The notes under the pieces: generated by a model | The model's database searches: none | Seen by the model: only the letters and a program-made list of their open reading frames with translations | Told to the model about the DNA's origin: nothing | Position numbers and translations under genes: made by a program | Shown here: positions 48,918 to 58,343 of the stretch, piece by piece | Position numbering within the stretch: the stretch's first letter is position 1 | Layout of the letters: every line of letters begins with the position of its first letter | Assembly: GCA_950097015.1 (NCBI GenBank) | Contig: CATNEN010000003.1 | Coordinates: 12,834,001 to 12,898,000 of the forward strand | Source of the DNA: Macrostomum hystrix | Taxonomy: Eukaryota; Animalia; Platyhelminthes | Length of the DNA stretch: 64,000 nucleotides | Direction: 5' to 3'

Positions 48918-49430
48918 TATCTGGGAGGGTTTTTGTACATCCTGATGATCTGGGAGGGTGTCTGTGCAGTCTGAGGATCTGTGAGGGTGTCTGTACATCC
49001 TGATGATCTGGGAGGGTGTCTGTGCAGTCTGAGGATCTGTGAGGGTGTCTGTACAGCCTGATGATCTGGGAGGGTGTCTGTGCAGCCTGAGGATCTGTGA
49101 GGGTGTCTGTACATCCTGATGATCTGGGAGGGTGTCTGTGCAGTCTGAGGATCTGGGAGGGTGTCTGTACAGCCTGAGGATCTGGGAGGGTGTCTGTACA
49201 GCCTGAGGATCTGGGAGGGTGCCTGTACAGCCTGAGGATCTGGGAGGGTGTCTGTACAGCCTGAGGATCTGGGAGGGTGTCTGTACAGCCTGAGGATCTG
49301 GGAGGGTGCCTGTACAGCCTGAGGATCTGGGAGGGTGCCTGTACAGCCTGAGGATCTGGGAGGGTGACTGTACAGCCTGAGGATCTGGGAGGGTGTCTTT
49401 ACATCTGAGTATCAGGGAGGTTTTTCGTAC
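48918..49430. repeat. 29-bp satellite (GAGGATCTGGGAGGGTGTCTGTACAGCCT), inverted relative to 42330-44885
   Basis: Reverse complement AGGCTGTACAGACACCCTCCCAGATCCTC is a unit variant of the large array. Confidence 0.95.
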
Positions 49431-49716
49431 ATTATAGGGATCTAGAGTCGTTGGTAGTATGAAAATTTTAGATTACTGGGTAGATTTTATACTAGACTGG
49501 TTTTAGGTTCTAAAAATGTGTCGTATACCTCGATGAAAGTGCACGTTTTCTGTGTGTAGAAAAAAGCCGAGTCCTGTTGTAACGCTTGTAAGAATTTTGA
49601 AAGCCAAAAAGTCCTTAACCAAATTTCTCAGAGAGTTATGTAGTTGAGATGAATTTGAAATTGCAAAGAATAACTGAAGTAATTTAGAGTACTTGAGCAC
49701 TGTATCTCTACATTTT

Positions 49717-52700
49717 TCAACCAGTGATGCGTCCGATTAGTTCACTCTGAGCAAAGTCGGCCTGATAGGCTTCATCGGCAATGACTGCGTCTTCTTGATC
49801 GCTGCCGGTGGATTCGACAGCCTCCTGGTCGGCTTCGTTGAATGTTCGACTGCGCGAGTTCGCGCTCCTGTGCTCGTCGCTACCGATGAGGTTCTGGTGA
49901 GCATCGTCCGAGTTCCGGCGCCCGTTGGCGTAGGACTGGTTGACGCAGCCAGCCAGGGTCCCCGTGCTCAGCACGCTGGCCATGCGTCTAACCAGAGCTC
50001 CGGCGCTGCCAACAGCAGCTGCCGACATCTGGCGAGTCAGGGCGCCTCTTGGACCTCGCCGCGTGCGCAGGGTGCGGCTGATCTCTTCTCGGATTTCGTC
50101 GGCCTCGTCGCGAATCGGTTCCATAAGGAGGCGCTCCAGTACATTCTCCAGAGTGATGATGCCGCGAACCAGGCCAGAGTCCGTGTTGAACACCACCGCC
50201 ATGTGGCCTGTTGGCAATGCGTTCGCAACAGGCTGGGTCATGCAATTTAAGCCCATAAGGCACTGTGAGAGTGTACACTGCCTGACGATGTGATACTCGT
50301 AGTGTGTTCTTGGAGGTCAGCGAAATGGACAGAGTTGAATCCTAGCTGGAGGCGGGTCATCTATCGTTAAATAATTGGCTGTACGCAGGCACACGCTCAC
50401 AGAGGTGTGTACATCTGCCTTAAATTTCTCATCGTCAGGCAGTGTACACCCTCGCTGCGCCTTGGATGTTGGCCTTTCAAGGCCGCGAAATTTCCCGAGA
50501 CAAGCCCCCAAGTGTTCTCTGCGTCTGCGCCCCAAATGAATGTCGGAATCGAGCTCAGGTACATTGGTGCGAGAGGCAAACGCGTTAACGCGTTAACGGT
50601 GAGTTCCGTCCTGCCGCCACACTGCCAACACCACCACGGCCCTTTCATAATAAACGTACTGTCCACACCTCTGGTGTTGTTTTGTTTCTACCAACATAAA
50701 CTAATAGTTCAGTCTTACTCACTCTTTCCCTGCTGGAAGATGTTCAGCAGGTCGTACAGTGGAGTCTGGCAGGGCACATACGGCATTTCTCTGAAGCACT
50801 TCTTGTCAGACAGAATTCTAGCGAATGGCACCTCGGACTTGGTGGAGTAGATGAGCAGCATTTTGGTCAGCAGGTGGCCGCGAATGTCGTTGCGATTCTC
50901 GCCGCGAAAAACTGGCACTCGAGAATGCGCATTGGCGATAAGCTTCAATCTGACGGCATTGTTTAGCGAGCAACAGTCGGACAGCATGAAAACCTTGTCT
51001 ATTGGGGTGCAGGCGTCTTCCGCTGGTACGCTGGACAATTCTAGGGCTCCTTTTATGATTGCCACCTCGTCGAATGTGAGCACACTGCGTTGAGCGGCTG
51101 CCACGCCGTCCTCGATGACACTTCTTGACGAGACAGTGACCGCTGGAGCTGACACAGAAGGCCGTTCTCCCCGGCTGCTCTCCACCAGGTAGTCGCCCTC
51201 GCGACGCACCCGAGGCCCGTGAAAGCCGACCAGAGCTTTGAGCTCCTCCTTTTTGAAGACTGTCTCATGATCAGCGCCGAGGAGTAGGTCCAGGAGCTTC
51301 GATAGAGGAAAAGCAATCGGAAACAGAAGACCTATAAAAATGTAGACCAGGCTAAAAATTGGTAGGTGATTGGCGGAGCGGTCAACGCGTTTGCCTCTCG
51401 CACTAAGATCCCTGAGCTCGATTCCGCGGCGAGGCGACATTCATTTGGGGCGCAGCCGCGGACAGCAAGCTTAGGGGGCCAACCTCCAAGGCACAGTGAG
51501 AGTGTACGCTGCCTGACGATGAGAAAGTCAGGGCAGATGTACACATCTATTGTGTGCGCGTGTGCCTGCGTACGGTATCTGTGTACGTGCGTGCTCAGAA
51601 GTCAGCGAAATGTGCAGAATTGCCTCCTCGCTGGCTGTTGGTCTACTGAATAATTGCTGTAAATGCTTTCCGGACATGCCGTGTATATACTGAAACTAGT
51701 ATGCTTGAGTTTTAACGATGAAAATACTCACGGAACACAATAGTAGCCTATGGCCAGACCAAACTTGGTGCATAGCGCCTGAGGTATCACTCTGAAACCA
51801 ATTGGAGACACATCGTCAAAAGAGCTCTCTTTTATAACTAGGAGTATACGATAATGACAAGAAAAAACTCACTCTCCAAAGAATAGAACAGCAGTCACTG
51901 ACACCACAATAGCAATGACTGGATCTGAAACTCGGTCCAAGAATATTGGCATTGCTTCAACGCAGGCCGCATTGCCTAGCAACAGTGTCACTAGCAACCA
52001 GTGATGCCGTTTCACAATGGGCAGCAGTCTGGTGGCGTACTTTTTTACTTTACCATCGCCGGAGTCGGCGAGAACCTTTAGGCTGAGTGGATCCAGGCTG
52101 AGCAGGCCTATTGTGAGTCCGCTCATGAGACCTGAGTGAGCATTGGTTGGTGTGTTGGTATTAGCCTCGACGTGGACTAGCACAGCCTAGATACTTTATG
52201 AATGGGAGATTGCCTGAGACCGAACAAGAACAACAATGACAATAGCAAAACTAGAGCAAGAACAACAGCAAGAACAACAAGAACACGAACAAGAACAAGA
52301 ACAGGAACAAGAACAATAACAATAACAAGAACAAGAACAACAATAGCAAAACTAGAGCAAGAACAACAGCAAGAACAACAAGAACAAGAAAAGGAACAAG
52401 AACAAGAACAATAACAAGAACACGAACAAGAACAAGAACAGGAGGAACAAGAGCAGGAACAAGAACAATAGCAAGAACAGGAGCAAGAACAGGAACAAGA
52501 ACAAGTACAAGAACAGGAGGAACAAGAGCAGGAACAAGAACAGGAGCAAGAACAGGAACAGGAACAAGAACAAGAACAGAAACAATAACAAGAACAAGAA
52601 CAAGAACAATAGTAATAACAAGAACAGAAACAAGAATATGTAAAAATACTCGTAATCACATAGTCTAGTGTTCGTGTTACTGATGATGCGTTCACTCAGT

Positions 52701-54097
52701 GTATCAGTATAGGAGACACAATTTAGTATTTATTCCAAAGACAGTGTCTGTAGTTACAGATAATTGTGGAGGAACTGTAGCATTTCCTCTTAATATAGCT
52801 AGCTATTCGTCTGGTCTAGCTCTGATCACACTAAAATGATTCCTTTCAAACTCTAATTTAGCTACGAGTACAACCTTACATATAATCAAAAGTTTTTTTT
52901 CATTTATTTCGAGTGTATTTAGCTCAAATTAGAGCCGAAGCAAACAATATAAGCCGCAAATTGAGGTCACTTAAAACTGAAAGAAATGTTTAATAATTTA
53001 AGCATTAAAATAACCATGGACTGAACCTAGATAAAGATTGAACTGTCACATGCTGTTTTGGGCTCACTGCAGATTAGGCCCAGCGTACTTCATTCACTTC
53101 TACGAGTAGGTACATTTAGATATAGGGAAAGCATTTTATTAGGAGTGAACGTTGATTCAGTCGCGAAGAAAAAATGTTTTATCGAGTAATTAGCTAGTTT
53201 TTTTATTCCAATAAATTAAGGAATCATTGTTGAAAACAGTTTGATTGCAGAAAAAAATGCGAAAATTGCAAAAAAAAGTTTGGGAATACAACTAGACCAT
53301 AGACAATTGCAGGGTGGCAAGTTTGAGGGATACAACTAGACCATAGACAATTGCACGGGCCAAGTTTGGGGATACAACTAGACCATAGACAATTGCACGG
53401 GCCAAGTTTGAGGGATACAACTAGACCATAGAAAATTGCACGGGCCAAGTTTGGGGGATACAACTAGACCATAGACAATTGCACGGGGCAAGTTTGAGGG
53501 ATACAACTAGACCATAGACAATTTCACGGGGCAAGTTTGAGGGATACAACTAGACCATAGACAATTGCACGGGACAAGTTTGGGGGATACAACTAGACCA
53601 TAGAAAATTGCACGGGCCAAGTTTGAGGGATACAACTAGACCATAGACAATTGCACGGGACAAGTTTGAGGGATACAACTAGACCATAGAAAATTGCACG
53701 GGGCAAGTTTGAGGGATACAACTAGACCATAGACAATTTCACGGGGCAAGTTTGAGGGATACAACTAGACCATAGAAAATTGCACGGGCCAAGTTTGAGG
53801 GATACAACTAGACCATAGACAATTGCACGGGACAAGTTTGAGGGATACAACTAGACCATAGACAATTTCACGGGGCAAGTTTGCTCTCCTCACTATGAGT
53901 AAATATGATTGGCTGAAGCTTTATGAACTTTAATTAAAACACTCACCTGCTCCAATTACTAATGCAGTGTAGATAGCCAAGTAGATCCAGAACCACGTAT
54001 CCTCCGGTGTCAGCATGTGATCAGCCTCGTGATATTCTGTGCCATTGCACCATAGCTCGTTTGGCCCAGTTAGGCTACAATTTAAATAGGCGCTCAT
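49717..54097 (-). CDS. CNNM/DUF21 plus CBS-pair metal (Mg2+) transporter family protein; exons 54097-53947, 52131-51873, 51791-51732, 51351-50723, 50207-49717
   Basis: AG|LMSGLTIGLLSLD..LLPIVKRHHWLLVTLLLGNAACVEAMPIFLD..FFGEVIPQALC..PIAFPLSKLLDLLLG..IIKGALEL..HSRVPVF..LYDLLNIFQQGK|SHMAVV..GIITLENVLERLL..EPIRDEAD; all junctions GT-AG and in phase. Confidence 0.93.
50235..50358 (+). mobile_element. SINE family B degenerate fragment (copy 3)
   Basis: aaggcactgtgagagtgtacactgcctgacgatg..gtcagcgaaatgg. Confidence 0.7.
50381..50592 (-). mobile_element. SINE family B copy 4 (3'-truncated), CNNM intron 4
   Basis: Reverse complement of the shared head and hairpin. Confidence 0.83.
51366..51645 (+). 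mobile_element. SINE family B copy 5, CNNM intron 3
   Basis: TGGCGGAGCGG A box, GAGCTCGATTCC B-box-like motif, shared body. Confidence 0.87.
52222..52636. repeat. (AACAAG/AACAGG)n hexanucleotide microsatellite, CNNM intron 1
   Basis: Simple repeat. Confidence 0.95.
53275..53885. repeat. 43-bp intronic minisatellite (GGGATACAACTAGACCATAGACAATTGCACGGGCCAAGTTTGA)
   Basis: Tandem repeats. Confidence 0.95.
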
Positions 54098-54844
54098 ACT
54101 CAGATTTATGAGTAGCCAGTTTGTTAATGAGGCATTTTTCCTATAACATTTTGCTCCGCGTTAAATTGAAGATTCGTATAAATTAAATAGAGTTCTGAGC
54201 TGATATATCTATAACTTTAATATGCTCGGCGTAGGGTTTGACAGATAAACCAGGTTTGGTAGGGTGGATGTACATTCGACTCGCCAAACTCAGACTGAGT
54301 GTACATTCAGACGCCCCGTCTCAGCAGTGGCCCGTATGTACCGTGGCCCGTGGCCCTACCATCCAATTCTTCACACTTTCTCTATAGCACAACTTCTGAA
54401 TTTGTGGGCAGTCGAGTGTCGCTAAAAATGGGTTGAAGCTAAATTAGCCAGACTATATTCATCCAAGATATACGCATAGGTTTTTTATAGTGGTCTGTTG
54501 TTTCATTCGGCTTTTTACGTACTACTAACGTAGAACATTGTGCAAATGTTACTTTTGTGCATATACTTTATGTGCAAACTGAAATTGTGCTACTGAAAAA
54601 TAATTCATAACGCAACAATTAGGTTAATTGTAGTGCAGATAGATATCAATTTAGCTACAAGTGTTCAATGTATGTATGCGCGAAATTTGTTTATGAACCG
54701 CGTGACCTTCATATGGCAGACCATTTGTTGTTGCACTGCGCGTAAATATCAAATTATTCCTAAACTAGGCCCATTTTGTGACTTTCAAGCTCAAAGGAAC
54801 TTAATTAATTTGTGTCCAGAAGCAAGAAACTTTGATTCCATTCC

Positions 54845-54910
54845 CAAAGTCCATGGACTGAACAGCTGTACACAAACCATGGAAGCTGTGGCTGTGCCAC
54901 TGGCCCATCT
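54845..54910 (+). mobile_element. Short degenerate fragment of the SINE family A 3' region
   Basis: agtccatggactgaacagctgtac..agctgtggctgtg..ctggccc matches 27516-27600. Confidence 0.55.
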
Positions 54911-55781
54911 CTATCTAAAGCTCGTGCTATTATCATATCATAATTAAAGTAATGTCTACTAACGCTACTAACGCTACTAACAAGTAGCCAAGAAGGCTTG
55001 GAGACAAAATTAGGCCAATAACAGAAATAGAGGAATTTCTATGACCACTGTGTAAATCTTTTAATCGAATAAATGAATAATTGCTCCGAATGTAACAGTA
55101 GCACCAGCAAGCATAGAAATATTGCACCCACAATCTCTCATTTGCAAAAAGGTTTGCCAGTTTCATTGCCCCGATGAAAGATTTATTACGTTCTTTCATC
55201 CAAGAAATCTAATTAAGCAGCAAGAATAGGCACATAAAAACTATTTATTACTCCTGGCTACAGCTCTGTCTGTTTATTTCTTTAAAGTACTTTCCTGATG
55301 CTGGCCTAACGAGGTATTTCACCACTAAGCATCCCTATAGCAAGATACGGTCAAGCTCATTCTATCGTACTATTGTCTATTTAAAGGGAGGGCAATGAGA
55401 TAACGACTGATTAAGTGATCGATGAGTATAATTTCCAATGTCCTTCTAAACTCTGGAATTTGTGTTTCTTGTTTAATCGTTTCTGAACTGACCTGAAGCA
55501 GCAAGCAGCTGCAGGAGCATTGTCAACACGGTGAAATTTGCAACCGGGCTCATAATTCTGAACCTTTAGCTACGATCCTACAGCTAGACAATGCCCTGGA
55601 GTACAGAGGCTGGGTGACCCGGCTGATGCTATGGATGACTTGATCATGCGAACTTTAAACCCGTTTAGGTTTGAGCAGGACTGGCTGCAAGCTAATAACT
55701 GGAAACTGGAAACTGGGATAATGGCATTATCATAATGCTATATAAAAGTCACGTAAAATGGGATAATGGGGTCATGTATTT

Positions 55782-57840
55782 TTGCCCTCCAACGTTTTCC
55801 CTCCGATGTTTTTCCTCCAACGTTTTCCCTCCAACGTTTTCCCTCCAACGTTTTCCCTCCGACGTTTGCCCCCGATTTTTTCCCTCCGACGCTTGCCCCC
55901 GATGTTTTCCCTCCGACATTTGCCCCTGATGTTTTCCCTCCGACGTTTGCCCCCGATGTTTTCCCTCCGACGTTTGCCCCCGATGTTTTCCCTCCGACGT
56001 TTGCCCCGGATGTTTTCCCTCCATCGTTTGCCCCGGATGTTTTCCCTCCGACGTTTGCCCCGGAGGTTTTCCCTCCGACGTTTGCCCCCGATGTTTTTCC
56101 TCCGACGTTTGCCCCCGATGTTTTCCCTCCGACGCTTGCCCTCCAACGTTTTCCCTCCAACGTTTTCCCTCCGACGTTTGCCCCCGATGTTTTCCCTCCG
56201 ACATTTGCCCCTGATGTTTTCCCTCCGACGTTTGCCCCGGATGTTTTCCCTCCATCGTTTGCTCCGGATGTTTTCCCTCCGACGTTTGCCCCCGATGTTT
56301 TCCCTCCGACGTTTGCCCCCCGATGTTTTCCCTCCGACGCTTGCCCCCGATGTTTTCCCTCCGACGTTTGCCCCCGATGTTTTCCCTCCGACGCTTGCCC
56401 CCGATGTTTTCCCTCCGACGTTTGCCCCCGATGTTTTCCCTCCGACGTTTGCCCCCGATGTTTTTCCTCCGACGTTTGCCCCCGATGTTTTCCCTCCAAC
56501 GTTTGCCCCCGATGTTTTTCCTCCGACGTTTGCCCCCGATGTTTTCCCTCCGACGCTTGCCCTCCAACGTTTTCCCTCCAACGTTTTCCCTCCAACGTTT
56601 TCCCTCCGACGTTTGCCCCCGATGTTTTCCCTCCGACATTTGCCCCTGATGTTTTCCCTCCGACGTTTGCCCCCGATGTTTTCCCTCCGACGTTTGCCCC
56701 GATGTTTTCCCTCCGACGTTTGCCCCCGATGTTTTCCCTCCGACGTTTGCCCCCGATGTTTTCCCTCCGACGTTTGCCCCCGATGTTTTCCCTCCGACGT
56801 TTGCCCCCGATGTTTTCCCTCCGACGCTTGCCCCCGATGTTTTCCCTCCGACGTTTGCCCCCGATGTTTTCCCTCCGACGTTTGCCCCCGATGTTTTCCC
56901 TCCGACGCTTGCCCTCCAACGTTTTCCCTCCAACGTTTTCCCTCCGACGTTTGCCCCCGATGTTTTCCCTCCGACATTTGCCCCTGATGTTTTCCCTCCG
57001 ACGTTTGCCCCGGATGTTTTCCCTCCATCGTTTGCTCCGGATGTTTTCCCTCCGACGTTTGCCCCCGATGTTTTCCCTCCGACGTTTGCCCCCCGATGTT
57101 TTCCCTCCGACGCTTGCCCCCGATGTTTTCCCTCCGACGTTTGCCCCCGATGTTTTCCCTCCGACGCTTGCCCCCGATGTTTTCCCTCCGACGTTTGCCC
57201 CCGATGTTTTCCCTCCGACGTTTGCCCCCGATGTTTTTCCTCCGACGTTTGCCCCCGATGTTTTCCCTCCAACGTTTGCCCCCGATGTTTTTCCTCCGAC
57301 GTTTGCCCCCGATGTTTTCCCTCCGACGCTTGCCCTCCAACGTTTTCCCTCCAACGTTTTCCCTCCAACGTTTTCCCTCCGACGTTTGCCCCCGATGTTT
57401 TCCCTCCGACATTTGCCCCTGATGTTTTCCCTCCGACGTTTGCCCCCGATGTTTTCCCTCCGACGTTTGCCCCGATGTTTTCCCTCCGACGTTTGCCCCC
57501 GATGTTTTCCCTCCGACGTTTGCCCCCGATGTTTTCCCTCCGACGTTTGCCCCCGATGTTTTCCCTCCGACGTTTGCCCCCGATGTTTTCCCTCCGACGC
57601 TTGCCCCCGATGTTTTCCCTCCGACGTTTGCCCCCGATGTTTTCCCTCCGACGTTTGCCCCCGATGTTTTCCCTCCGACGCTTGCCCCAGATGTTTTCCC
57701 TCCGACGTTTGCCCCCGATGTTTTCCCTCCGACGTTTGCCCCCGATGTTTTCCCTCCGACGTTTTTCCTCCAACGTTTTCCCTCCGTTCTTCAAAGTTTT
57801 CCCTCAACGTTTCCTCTCCAACGTTTGCCCACCCGCCGAC
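55782..57840. repeat. 27-bp satellite (CCCCCGATGTTTTCCCTCCGACGTTTG) made of two related 13-14-bp halves, about 2 kb
   Basis: 27-bp period; stop-free in several frames. Confidence 0.97.
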
Positions 57841-58047
57841 GATTAAAGTTTTGGTTACTGCGGGCAAACGTCGGCGGGTGAATGTGGGTATTCCGAGATA
57901 ATGATTGATTAAGTTCTAACTTATTACTGTGCGTAGATCCGGAATGAGAAAACAATTCTGAACAAATTTGCTTCATTTTGCTAATATGCTGTGTGTAATG
58001 TGGTAATCAAACTGATAAAAAACCAAGTACTGACATGCACCAAACAA

Positions 58048-58095
58048 GAACAATACTAGCTTTCTGTAAATATTTACAGAAAGCTAGTATTGTTC
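58048..58095. other. Perfect 48-bp loopless palindrome downstream of the rhomboid stop codon
   Basis: GAACAATACTAGCTTTCTGTAAAT|ATTTACAGAAAGCTAGTATTGTTC. Confidence 0.95.
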
Positions 58096-58343
58096 ACAAT
58101 AATTTAAACGAACCTTAGATAAAAAGTTATCAAATACAAACGCAAAATGTTCAATCATAACTTCAATGGCAATTTTGCAAAGGAATAAATAGAAAGAAAA
58201 TACTTGTTGCAGACTAGCCTGGATAAGGATTTTGCTGTCCTTTAGTGACCTCACAAACGCCGTACCTCAGTAAATATCTTTAATAAGGATTACTGAATTC
58301 GGTTAAATCTCGATCCAATCTTATGCCACTTATAGATTGTACA

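Noticed and set aside
52177-52695. Cys-rich metallothionein-like ORF
   Set aside because: Translation of an (AACAAG)n microsatellite inside CNNM intron 1
55738-57901. 400-711-aa ORFs on both strands
   Set aside because: Products of the 27-bp satellite, open in several frames at once
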